A stretch of 64,000 bases of DNA from an uncultured Phycisphaerales bacterium (GCA_963755915.1 CAVWLP010000003.1:896001-960000); one strand, 5' to 3'. Positions 20,500 to 30,290 are shown, counted from the stretch's first letter. Notes: generated by a model from the letters alone, not told the origin. Program-made: numbers and translations.

Positions 20500-21932
20500 A
20501 TGCCAAGGCTTTCGTTTGATATCGACCCGGTAATCGAAGGCAAAGCCCGCTTGAGCGAGGCCCAGGCGCTGGAGATTTATCACAACGCCTCGATGCAGGA
20601 CCTCGGCCAGTGGGCGCTGGCGCGGTCGCAGCGGATGCACCCTGAGGATTACCGAACCTACGTCATCGACCGGAACATCAACTACACCAATATCTGCACC
20701 GCCAAGTGCACCTTCTGCGCCTTTCGCCGCGACCACGAGGACCGAGATGCTTACACCCTCTCCTTCGAACAGATCGGGGCGAAGATTGCCGAGCTGGTGA
20801 GCATCGGCGGGACGCAGATTTTGATGCAGGGGGGAATGAACGACCGGCTGCCGATCGAGCATTACGAAAACCTTCTCCGCTATATCAAGACGAATTTCCC
20901 GACGATCCACATTCACGCGTTTTCGCCGCCGGAGTTTGTGGAGTTTGAGCGATTTTTTCAGATGGATGTGAGGGAGATCATCCGCCGATTTCATAAGGCG
21001 GGGTTGGACACGATCCCAGGCGGCGGCGGAGAAATCTTCGCACCCCGCGTGCGCCGGCGGATCGGAATCGGCAAATGCACCGGCGACGACTGGCTGCGCG
21101 TCATGCGCGTGGCCCACGAAGAAGGGATGAACACGAGCTGCACCATGCTCATCGGGCACATCGAGTTTGTGCGCGAGCGGATCGAACATATGGGGGCGCT
21201 GCGGGATATGCAGGATTATGCGAAGGAAGTTGCGCGTTGCGAGTTGCGAGTTGCGAGTAAAGAGTTTGAGGAGCAGACGGTGCACATTCGATCTCGCTGG
21301 CCAGGGGTATTTGCAAAATCCCCACTCGCAACTGGCAACTCGCAACTCGCAACTTCCCCCGGCAATTACACCGCCTTCATCCACTGGCCGTTCCAGCGCG
21401 AAAATACGCCGCTGGGACGTGCCGGCGAATGGGACCCCGAAGTCCACGGCCCCTTCGATGAATCGACCAACGATGACGTGCTTCGCGGGCGGGTCGTGCG
21501 AATGGCGGGGCGCAGGAATATCTGCGGATGCTGGGAATCGCCCGGCTCTTCTTCGACAACATCGCGTCGCTGCAGAGCAGTTGGGTGACGATGGGGCCGA
21601 AAATCGGGCAGTTGGCCCTGTTTTTCGGGGCGAATGATATGGGCAGCGTGATGATGGAAGAAAACGTCGTCAGCGCGGCGGGGACGACGTATCGGCTCAG
21701 CGAGCGGGAGATTTGCCGGCTGATTCGGGATTCGGGATGGGTGCCGGCGCAGCGGGATCAGTATTACAACGTGCTGAAACGGCATGAGGGGAAGGATTCG
21801 CCGGACCTCATGCCCAGCGAGCATCCGCCGGTGAGAGAGGTGGCGCGGATTGATAAGGAGTTTATTGGGGCGGCGCCGGGGATTGAGAGCGCTGATCGGA
21901 GCACGAAGGTACAGTTGCCGATATTGGGGTGA
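20500..21932 (+). CDS. mqnC: Cyclic dehypoxanthinyl futalosine synthase MqnC, radical SAM (frameshift near 21510)
   Basis: TYVIDRNINYTNICTAKCTFCAF, ILMQGG, IPGGGGEI, LQSSWVTMG, GANDMGSVMMEENVVSAAG. Confidence 0.9.
21225..21357. repeat. Palindrome of (GAGTTGC)n heptamers inside mqnC, in frame
   Basis: 34-nt arms at 21225-21258 and 21324-21357. Same family is intergenic at 60521-60586. Confidence 0.8.
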
Positions 21933-21975
21933 AGGGCAAATCCGAAACCCGAATTCCGTCTTCGACCCTGAGGCT

Positions 21976-23332
21976 TGTTTTGTTCCAGGACATAGATAAC
22001 ACCTCTCTCAGGACATAGGTAACACTTTTTGTGTGCTGTGCCGAGCCGGAGGGAGCGCAGCGACCGGAGGCTCGGCACAGCACACAACTCGCCGACGGCC
22101 TCGGCTGATTTCCTTCAGATTGACGCCCGCCACTGTTTGTCTGGCATAGACCACGGCCATTATTCCATCCGCCGCGGTCAACCGAATCGCTACCGTCTCG
22201 CCCGCAAAGGCAATGCCCAAACGCCACTCGATGCTCCGGAAGGCGAACAGCCCATTGCGATCCACCTTTCTCACCTGGTCACCGGCAAGGTACTCCACCT
22301 TGAGATCAGGCTCGTAAGCCCGAGGACTTTTGCCGTAGCGGCTGGCCGGAACCGCCAGACCCAACGCCTCGTGGGGACGCACGCAATTGTACTGCTCACG
22401 CCAGGGGTCGAAATGCTTCTGGGCATCAGCCATATTGGCCAGCGGCTGACGCATCAGCAGCTCCTCTTTAAGCGTTCGATGCAGACGCTCGTCCTTGCCT
22501 TGTGTTTGCGGGTGACGCGGACGGCCGTGACATACTCCCACGTTCTGACGCAACAGCCACAGACCCAAACGCGTGTACCCTTGCCGTTCCTGCCCATGCC
22601 AGGTGCCCCACGGAGGACCGTTGTCGCACAAAATCCTCAGCGGCAGGCCATTTTGCTGGAATAGTCGCACCAATGCGGGCTTCACATCCTGCTCGGTCTC
22701 ACCCGTGCATGCCTGCAGGCAAAGACAATAACGTGAGTGATCATCCAGCACCGTCAGGGCATGGCAACGCCGCCCGTTGCCCAAGGCGAAATGTCCCTTG
22801 AAGTCCATCTGCCAAAGGTCATTGGGCTGATCGTGCTCAAAGCGTTGAAACGCCCGGTGCTGTGATGATCGAGCCGGATCGATCAGTCCACCGCGAAATA
22901 AAATACGCCCGATCGTGCTCACCGCAGGCAACGTCGCCGGATCCCGACCCTGATTCTCCAGCAGCTTCCTCAGCTTGCGGCCTCCCCACACCGGATGCTT
23001 CATGCGAAGCCTCACAACCGCCTGCCTCATCCGGCCGTCCACCTGTGCGGGACTGGCGTGCGGGCGACGCGAACGATCCAACAATCCCGCCTGACCCTCG
23101 GCACGATAACGCCGGAGCCATTTGTAACCACAGCGCCGGCTGATTCCGAACCGTCGGCAAAGCGCTGCCAGGTTAGCATCCGCCCGCATAGCCAGTTGCA
23201 CAAACTCACCGCGAACTTCGTTCGTCACACATTCCTTCCAGGGCATCGGCCTCCTTTTTGGCCGTGATACCCAAAATGAAATGTGTTACCTATGTCCTGA
23301 GAGACCTGTTACCCATGTCTCCGGTCTATACA
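21976..23332 (-). mobile_element. IS481 family insertion sequence
   Basis: TGT...ACA ends with a repeated (A)GGACATAG(G/A)TAACA motif at both ends, enclosing the transposase. Confidence 0.9.
22008..23246 (-). CDS. IS481 family transposase
   Basis: MPWKE start, HTH (LCRRFGISRRCGYKW), rve DDE core (WQMDFKG, LDDHSRY, DNG, PQTQGKDERLHRTLK). Confidence 0.96.
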   Translation of the reverse strand: MPWKECVTNEVRGEFVQLAMRADANLAALCRRFGISRRCGYKWLRRYRAEGQAGLLDRSRRPHASPAQVDGRMRQAVVRLRMKHPVWGGRKLRKLLENQGRDPATLPAVSTIGRILFRGGLIDPARSSQHRAFQRFEHDQPNDLWQMDFKGHFALGNGRRCHALTVLDDHSRYCLCLQACTGETEQDVKPALVRLFQQNGLPLRILCDNGPPWGTWHGQERQGYTRLGLWLLRQNVGVCHGRPRHPQTQGKDERLHRTLKEELLMRQPLANMADAQKHFDPWREQYNCVRPHEALGLAVPASRYGKSPRAYEPDLKVEYLAGDQVRKVDRNGLFAFRSIEWRLGIAFAGETVAIRLTAADGIMAVVYARQTVAGVNLKEISRGRRRVVCCAEPPVAALPPARHSTQKVLPMS

Positions 23333-23350
23333 AGCCTCAGACCCGAAGGG

Positions 23351-23460
23351 AATCAAATCCGAATGACGAAATCCGAATGAGCGGGCGAGGCGCACAATGG
23401 CAATTCGTCATTGGGTCATTCGGGCTTGATTCGTCATTCTGGTTTCGGGCTTCGGATTTC
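23351..23460. repeat. AAATCCGAA/GAATGAC-type palindromic repeat (left part 21937-21958)
   Basis: Intact relative at 30158-30278. Confidence 0.75.
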
Positions 23461-23522
23461 GGCCTCGCGCAGAGCGGCTCACCTCCTCCCCCACCGACAG
23501 CTCTTCCGAGTCTCCCTCGCTA

Positions 23523-24344
23523 TCACCGCGCGGAGCGGGATTGGGGGCCGCGGCGACGGAGGAGGAGGCCGCATGCTCCCAGGCTCAGGAGGCAGAGGCT
23601 TGCGGGCTCGGGGACGACCGCGCCGGCGGTTTGTAGTTGGAAACCGTTGAAGAAGGCCTGGGCTCCATTGTTTATGCCGTAGGTGCCGGTGATCTGGCCG
23701 GAACTATTGGGAACGAGGTTGGAGTATTCGACGTAGACGATGCCGAGGGTCGATGTGGAGATTGTGGTTGAAGTGTAATCGGTGCCGCTGGTGATGGCGG
23801 CGCCGGAGGTAGACTACGGATTGGTGTTGGAGCCGGCGCTGCTGATGATGTCGAACTTCGTTCCGTAACTTCCGCCGGAGTCGTGCGTCCAGCCGTAAAG
23901 ATAGAGGTCGTAGGTCGTCGTGGTGGACAAACCGCCGATGGTGAAGTCTCCTGTTGAATAATCCGCCTGGCATTGATCGATCAGGTCGTTGCTGGTGTCC
24001 AGGGTCGAGCCGGGACTGTAGAGGAAACTATTGGTGGTACTTATGGTGACACTGGTGCTGTTTCCGTTTGAATCCTCCAGAGTGCTTGGGGGGGTGATGA
24101 TGATGCTGTTCCAGTCGTGGGCGTCGGGCGTGGTGAGGGCGCCCTGGCCGGTATAGTCGCCAGCGTCGGCGGTGAACTGGACGTTGACGGTGCTGACGGG
24201 GCTGGCGTTTGCCGCCGATGACCAGGCGGCCAACGCGAAAGCGGCGGCGGCGGCGCAGGTCAAAAAGCGATTCTCGGCGCCGGTCGCGACACGCAGACGG
24301 GCCGCGAGGCGGCCATGGATTCCATTGGCCTTTTTAAATCGCAT
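23523..24344 (-). CDS. PEP-CTERM sorting domain protein (frameshift near 23820)
   Basis: Signal peptide, Ser/Thr-rich body, C-terminus read from the minus strand as FNGFQLQTAGAVVPEPASLCLLSLGACGLLLRRR, stop at 23523. Confidence 0.85.
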
Positions 24345-24764
24345 GAGTTTCTCCCTGTTTGTCAAAGACTTAAAATGTAGTTTTCAGAGTGCCGTTTGCG
24401 GCGGGATTCTACGGGAAGTGCGCGCGTCGACAACCTCAATTTTCGGGAGAATTTTTGGCTCCAAAATCGAGACATAGTTCTGACAGTTATTATGGCTACT
24501 GAAAGTGTGAAATGAGCGACACCGGCTGTCGCGGAATGCGTCACGACGGCGACGGGTGGCTATTGGGGCGGGCGTAAGAGGCGGAAATTAACCGCCCGGA
24601 AATTCGACAAGCAGGGAACGAAAAAAGACACGAAATTTTGTTGGGTTCTCTGGAAGATAAGAGAAGAGGGCAACGATTTGGGAGAATTGAAGACGCGCCC
24701 CGCAAGGGGGGCCTTTGCGCCTCTGCGTGAGATCCTCTTCATTGAATGATCGCCCGCGGCCCGA

Positions 24765-25430
24765 TCATGTATTCGGCATCCTCGATTCGCCATTCTTCTT
24801 TTCCCTGAACCTCTTCAGTGCCTCCCCCACCGACGAATCTTCGGAGTCCCCCCCGCTAAGACTCCCCTCGCTAAGACTCCCCAGTGCCCCATCGACCACC
24901 CTGCTCATTCGCCTCTTTTCCCTCAGCACCTTCCGGCGATGATCCTTCCACTCCAGGTCCGCCTTCACCTTCTCCGGATCGCCCGATCCCGCCTTATATT
25001 CCCGAATCAATCCCATCCCCTTCAGAAACGCAAACGCCAGCCGGCCATCGCCCGTCATCATCGACCGTTGGATTGCATCCGCCGCCGTCTCCGTCATGGC
25101 CAACAGCCGCGATTGCGCGCTCTTCCGCATCTGATTATGCCAATCGTTATACGCCGCACGAAATGTTGGATCACTCTTGAGCCAGCGATAGAGGGTGCTC
25201 CTTCCCACATCCGAAGACGCTGCCGCTTGCGACACCGACATCCCGGATACGAGTTGCTCCAGGGCCGTCTGCTGGTCAAAACTCAGTTGATCGAACGCAG
25301 GCCGAATCACCCGCTCCTCTTCCCCGGCTTTTTTCCCTTCAACATTTCTCAAAACGATCGCGGTAGGCGAGTTCGCGGACGAACTCCCGGGCGAACTCTC
25401 CCGCACGTTTCTCACCCTCACCTTCCCCAT
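24765..25430 (-). CDS. Helix-turn-helix domain protein
   Basis: QQTALEQLVSGMSVSQAAASSDVGRSTLYRWLKSDPTFRAAY. Confidence 0.8.
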   Translation of the reverse strand: MGKVRVRNVRESSPGSSSANSPTAIVLRNVEGKKAGEEERVIRPAFDQLSFDQQTALEQLVSGMSVSQAAASSDVGRSTLYRWLKSDPTFRAAYNDWHNQMRKSAQSRLLAMTETAADAIQRSMMTGDGRLAFAFLKGMGLIREYKAGSGDPEKVKADLEWKDHRRKVLREKRRMSRVVDGALGSLSEGSLSGGDSEDSSVGEALKRFREKKNGESRMPNT

Positions 25431-25867
25431 AATCACCTTCCCGCGCCCACTTCGCATAGAAACCTCCCGCTGGAAATAATCTCAAACCATACCAAGAGAC
25501 CCTAACATATACCAAACATCTGTCAAGAAAAAAATCGCGTCGATCAGGGCCGGACTATTCTCGAAACGCCCACGGCGCCGCCGTGGGGAGCTGTGAGTGC
25601 GCCCGCAAACAAACCGCAGAGTCTCCGGATAAAGGCATGTCAAAGCCGTTATTTCCCCACGTGTTCCACGATCTCCCAGCGCCAACAGCCATGCACCTAA
25701 ACGTGAAACCACAATAATGAATGACATCTTTTTCCCGTGTAGCCGCCCCGCTTGCGGGGCGCTTTTTTCGACCTGCACGAATCGCAGTCCCTCATTTAGC
25801 AACGACTACATCCGGAGTGTGTTAAGACCGTTATTGGACTGACCAAGCTAGAAACTATAATGCGCAA

Positions 25868-27253
25868 ATGCCGTTCACCGTTTTCTACGCATGGCAGATG
25901 GACAGGCTACCAAGGCTGAACCGCTGGTTCATTCAAGATGCGCTCAAGGCGGCGATTAAACAGTTAAAAAAAGAGCTTTCAGCCGATGACGCCGACGTAA
26001 AGCTAGAACCCGCGCAGCCGGTGGACGAAAACGAGGATCAAACCGATCCAGAAGCCGATCCGGCAGATGAAAAAATTGTTCTCCAAGTGGGTGCGGTAGG
26101 CGTCGGTGGTGCTCAACTAATCGCGGAAACCATCTTGGACCGCATCGCACAATGCGATGTGTTTGTCGCCGACTTGTCATTCGTTGGCGAAGTAACAACC
26201 GCTGACGGGCGGAAAAAGCTCGTTCCAAACCCCAACGTGCTCATCGAAAGCGGCGCTGCTGCCCGCACTGGACGGGGCTGGGATAGAGTAGTGCTGGTGC
26301 TAAACACGGCCTTTGGGGCGGTCGATCAACTGCCATTCGACCTAAAGCACCGGGTCTGCCATATCCAATATGAATTGAGCAACACAAATCATAATGACCG
26401 GACAAATAAGAAAAACCAGTTGACGAAGGATCTGGTCAGTCAGATCCGGCAGATTTATCAAGTAGAAAAATCAAGGCAACAAGCTGCCCAAGAACAAACG
26501 ACGGTGAATACAGCAAACGAAGGTTTACTTCGAGCAACAAAAGTGCGGGACGACTTTGAGCGAAGTTTAGGAGAGAATAAGTTTTATAACTTCAAGGCTC
26601 AGTGTTGCATTCTCGCCGTCACACTGACTCCGCTTCGTCCCCAAAAAACAGAGTTGAATCTGAGCCGCATAGACGAGTCAATTTTGCGCGGCTATATCCA
26701 ACCCATCGGACATTTTGATGGGCAAACGCGGCATCGCATGAAGTCGGTAACTTGCGAGGCGGGTTCTAGTGTACCGATTTCATTTGTGGAGTTGACATCA
26801 GCACGTAGTTTACTTGCGTGCTACAACCTAAAGTACGGCCAAGACGATGTGACCATACGTGTCCCGCACGTTCCCAAGGTTGACCCATCGAAGCCGTACA
26901 TCCTGTCGATGGAAAACTATCAGTCGCATTTAATATCGGGCGTCCAGCGTTTTTTGAAGGGATTGGTTAAACTCGATATCGTTGGGCCGTGGGTTTTCTC
27001 GCTGTCCTTGCTTAAAGCACGAAACTGTCAGATGGTCCTTGTGGACAGAATTGAGCATCCCCCGAGCGATACCATATGCGAGCTTGACGACATACGGACA
27101 GAAAACTTGATTCTACCTTCCGACTTAAATCTTAAGGACCAAGAAGCGGTAACGATGGCGATGAGCCAGTCGCTTCGGGAGCTTTGGCGGGCCTGCGGTT
27201 ACCCCGCGTTTCCGATTTACCGTTCCGACGGCTCAATTGAGTGGGAGCGTTGA
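25868..27253 (+). CDS. TIR-like / nucleoside 2-deoxyribosyltransferase-like domain protein, candidate defence effector
   Basis: TVFYAWQ, IAETILDRIAQCDVFVADLS, PNPNVLIESGAA, LPFDL. Lower GC than the flanks. Confidence 0.7.
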   Translation: MPFTVFYAWQMDRLPRLNRWFIQDALKAAIKQLKKELSADDADVKLEPAQPVDENEDQTDPEADPADEKIVLQVGAVGVGGAQLIAETILDRIAQCDVFVADLSFVGEVTTADGRKKLVPNPNVLIESGAAARTGRGWDRVVLVLNTAFGAVDQLPFDLKHRVCHIQYELSNTNHNDRTNKKNQLTKDLVSQIRQIYQVEKSRQQAAQEQTTVNTANEGLLRATKVRDDFERSLGENKFYNFKAQCCILAVTLTPLRPQKTELNLSRIDESILRGYIQPIGHFDGQTRHRMKSVTCEAGSSVPISFVELTSARSLLACYNLKYGQDDVTIRVPHVPKVDPSKPYILSMENYQSHLISGVQRFLKGLVKLDIVGPWVFSLSLLKARNCQMVLVDRIEHPPSDTICELDDIRTENLILPSDLNLKDQEAVTMAMSQSLRELWRACGYPAFPIYRSDGSIEWER

Positions 27254-27828
27254 ACGTCGCTGCTCATTAATGCCGAATGGTTCACGCGGGATTTGGAGGC
27301 GACTTTTCGCAAGGCGTGCAGCGAATAGTGCGAGAAACCAATCTAAATTATCGTCGGCGAAACCGTCGTTCACGGGCTGAATTAGCTATCCTGTAAAACA
27401 GGTTCTCGGCAAACTTACAAATAAACGCCACCACGAAAATTACCGCGAGCCACTTGTAAGCGCTCATCATCACGATATGAAAGAACGCATCAGCAGCAGG
27501 TTTTACCGAAACCATCGAATCCTCCCTTGCGCTAGGCTCAAAACGATAACAATTGCTGCGTTTGACATGATCTTCCTAGAAAGGCAGACTAAACCCTATC
27601 GAGATTAGGCTGGTCGGTCAAAGGGGTGGCGCATTTCAAGGCGGGGGTAATTGAAAGTAATGCAACCTTTATATCGATTTTGAACTTCGATCCACACCCG
27701 ACCGATGCCGGGAATGTGGGACAATTTGCCCTAAAGAGCAGGTAGCCGAACATCAATGCGGAATACAGGCACTGCTGCAAATCCGCATAAAATATGGTAC
27801 GCTTTTGCGGAAACAACAGGAAAATACA

Positions 27829-28095
27829 GTGGCCACAGTCAAAATCCCCGATGAGACATTAGCCCGGCTGCAAGCTGCTGCTGCCGCGCGTCATGTCTCC
27901 CTTGAAGCCTATCTCGATGAATTGGCGGCATCGGACGCCAACCGTAAGCATGCGCCTTTCGCTCAATTCCACAAAAGCACCCCCGCCGAGCGGGCGGCGG
28001 CGGCCGAATCGATCCGCAATCTCGCGAGCCAAGTGAAGGGCAAATCCACCATTAAAGAATTGATCGCCGATAAGCACGCCGGGCACAAATACTAA
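27829..28095 (+). CDS. Putative antitoxin (ribbon-helix-helix-like)
   Basis: TVKIPDETLARLQAAAAARHVSLEAYL, C-terminal IKELIADKHAGHKY, directly upstream of a PIN toxin. Confidence 0.75.
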   Translation: MATVKIPDETLARLQAAAAARHVSLEAYLDELAASDANRKHAPFAQFHKSTPAERAAAAESIRNLASQVKGKSTIKELIADKHAGHKY

Positions 28096-28096
28096 G

Positions 28097-28497
28097 ATGG
28101 CAATTGTAGTGGATTGTTCTGTGGCAGCCGCCTGGCGCTCGCCGACGAGCGTACAGCCTGGACAACGGCAGCTTTGCATGCCGCCAGCGTTGAGGGGGCA
28201 ATAGTCCCCTCACTGTTTTGGTACGAGATAAGGAACATCCTGATCATCAATGAACGGCGTGGACGCATTGGCCGGGAGCAATCCGCCCGGTTTCTTATCG
28301 ATGTTGATCCACTGACGGACTTCGACGAAAGCCCTGTTGAGGCGGATGTTCTTGCCCTGGCCCGATCCCATAATTTGACCGTCTATGACGCTTCCTATTT
28401 GGAGTTGGCAAGCCGCCTGGGATTACCGCTGTGCACGCTCGACGCACAACTGATCGACGCCGCCCCGAGAGTCGGCGTCGCCCTCTGGCAACCATAA
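28097..28497 (+). CDS. vapC: VapC-family PIN domain toxin (frameshift near 28137)
   Basis: MAIVVDCSVAAAW joined to VPSLFWYEIRNIL, LTVYDASYLELA and LCTLDAQL. Confidence 0.88.
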
Positions 28498-28763
28498 AAA
28501 CCCTTGACAGCGAATTTCGCCTTCTCATCCACACCGCAGACCAGTTTGGATGACCACTCATGCCGATTGAGGAGCCGGTCGAATGCGAAGCAGGGGCGCT
28601 ATCCAACCCCGATCTTCTTACCCCCCCGCCTATGGCCCACAAACATCTACTATAATCTTCGAGTTAGTGAACACTAATTGAAAACCCCAAAATCGTCCCA
28701 TTTCGTCCCATTCGTCCCATTTACATTTCCACCACTAGTACCCCGATTTCTAGCCCCCAGCCC

Positions 28764-29345
28764 CTATCCCGCAATCGGCCCCAAGATCGGCTGTGGCCCG
28801 ATCACATCCGCCGAAAACGTGCGCAGCTCCGCCCCTGGCTCCTTCCACGCGGTCTCGGCGACGCCGAGTTTTTCTGTGCACAGGCGGCCGAGGAGCTGTT
28901 CGCGCGACCAGCCGGTGTCGCGGGCGACCTGGGGGAGGAAAAGCCCGGTGCGGCCGCGGAAGGTGAGGTGGATGCCGTCGCGCGTCGGTTCGAAATCGAG
29001 GGCGGATTTTTTTTTCTCGAGCGGGCCGAGGATACTCAGCTCGAGGGTGAGTTCGGGAAGCTCGCCGCGCGAGACGGGGTTGGTGAGGAAGCGGGCATCG
29101 CCGATGACGGACTCGGCGGCGTTGACGAGGGTTTCGCGAAGGGGGCGGCCGGTGTCGAGGACACCGATGCAGCCGCGCAGCATGTGGGTGCCCTGGCGAT
29201 GGAGGGAGACGAAGCACCCGGCGGGCTGGGCAAACACAGGATCGTCAAGCGTGGGGATCGGGCGCGGGTCGCCGCCAAGCCGGCGGATGATCACGTCGGC
29301 CGCGAAATCGAGGATCTGCTGCTGAACTTGTGTCGAAAAATCCAT
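28764..29345 (-). CDS. amrA: AmmeMemoRadiSam system protein A (AMMECR1 domain)
   Basis: GCFVSLH, LRGCIG, DARF, ELSIL, DGI and FLPQVA motifs. Confidence 0.93.
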   Translation of the reverse strand: MDFSTQVQQQILDFAADVIIRRLGGDPRPIPTLDDPVFAQPAGCFVSLHRQGTHMLRGCIGVLDTGRPLRETLVNAAESVIGDARFLTNPVSRGELPELTLELSILGPLEKKKSALDFEPTRDGIHLTFRGRTGLFLPQVARDTGWSREQLLGRLCTEKLGVAETAWKEPGAELRTFSADVIGPQPILGPIAG

Positions 29346-29399
29346 CGAAAATATTTTTGGCCGGTGGAAGTATACCGAAAAGTACAGGGGGTGGTCACT

Positions 29400-29516
29400 T
29401 TATCCACCGGGTTATGCACCGGCAATCTTTTGGTGGGTCAAGCAGTTAGGGAAATCGGTGGATAACCGAATCGGAATAGAGCGAAAAAATAGGGGAAAAG
29501 GGTGGAGAGTGGATAT
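29400..29516. promoter_or_regulatory. Cluster of DnaA-box-like 9-mers
   Basis: TTATCCACC 29400-29408, TTATGCACC 29412-29420, GGTGGATAA 29457-29465, weaker AGTGGATAT 29508-29516. Confidence 0.4.
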
Positions 29517-29691
29517 ATTTTCCTTCGTCGTTGGGCACGAAAGTGACCGGCGAAACAGGAGAACGCTCCTGACAAACAGACCGACTTTCGAAATGCGAAA
29601 GACCGTGCGAAGCAACAAAGAGCGGGCACGGCGAAAGTCGGTGGCCAGCGACCAGGCCACCCGATGAAAGCGGCGTCAAAAACGCCCATTC

Positions 29692-30002
29692 AGGCAATCC
29701 GGGTTAGAGTCGCCGCCAGTGATCTGTCCACCGCGGAGAGAAATCCTCCCGATAAAGGACAGGTTGAGCCCAAAATGCCGCGAGTGTTCTGGTAACGGAA
29801 TGCCGAGCGGCGCGGATCCTAGGAGTGGGCTCAGGATAGCGTAATCCCACGGCCGTCCAGTCGGGAACCCGCTGTGCCGCCCTGTTGGGCGAGCGATCGC
29901 GGCGGCAACAGTCGCGATCGAACCGTCTGTGTGAAGCGGTAGTCAACTGCCCTTTCACGCTGAGCGGACCGAGGCGGGCCCAGGCCCAGGAGCAGGTTGC
30001 CT
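29692..30002 (+). ncRNA. Putative large structured non-coding RNA of unknown class
   Basis: Closing stem 29692-29699/29995-30002 encloses at least 8 helices. G-U pairs are consistent with the + strand, there is a GUAA tetraloop, and no credible ORF. Confidence 0.6.
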
Positions 30003-30157
30003 ACAGAATCGGTTCGATACCAGAATTTGGCGGTTTAAGCCGCAAGGCGCAAGCCGACATAGGGCCCACGCGGTGACGTCGCGAGTCACTTCGTGGGCCA
30101 TCTGGTTTTTATCGGGAGGGGAGATTGGGGGAAGGGACCCCCGCTGCTCGTCACGAG

Positions 30158-30278
30158 AAATCCGAAACCAGAAACCAGAAATCCGAATCAAATCAGAATA
30201 TCCAAATGACGAATGGTCGTCATTCTGGTTTCGTCATTCGGGCTTGATTCGGATTTCTGGTTTCTGGTTTCGGGCTTA
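30158..30278. repeat. Heptamer-based palindromic repeat (AAATCCGAAACCAG.../...CTGGTTTCGG)
   Basis: Long imperfect inverted repeat downstream of the PEGA gene, related to 21937-21958 plus 23351-23460. Confidence 0.8.
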
Positions 30279-30290
30279 TTTCGGCAGGGT

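Noticed and set aside
27260-27820. Gene or RNA between the TIR-like gene and the antitoxin
   Set aside because: Only a 75-aa motif-less ORF, and no convincing repeated or paired structure seen
29692-30030. RNase P RNA, SRP RNA or tmRNA
   Set aside because: Partial look-alikes (AGTCGCCGC, ACAGAATCGG, CAGGCCCAGGAGCAG) exist, but the universally conserved cores and tRNA-like ends are missing on both strands
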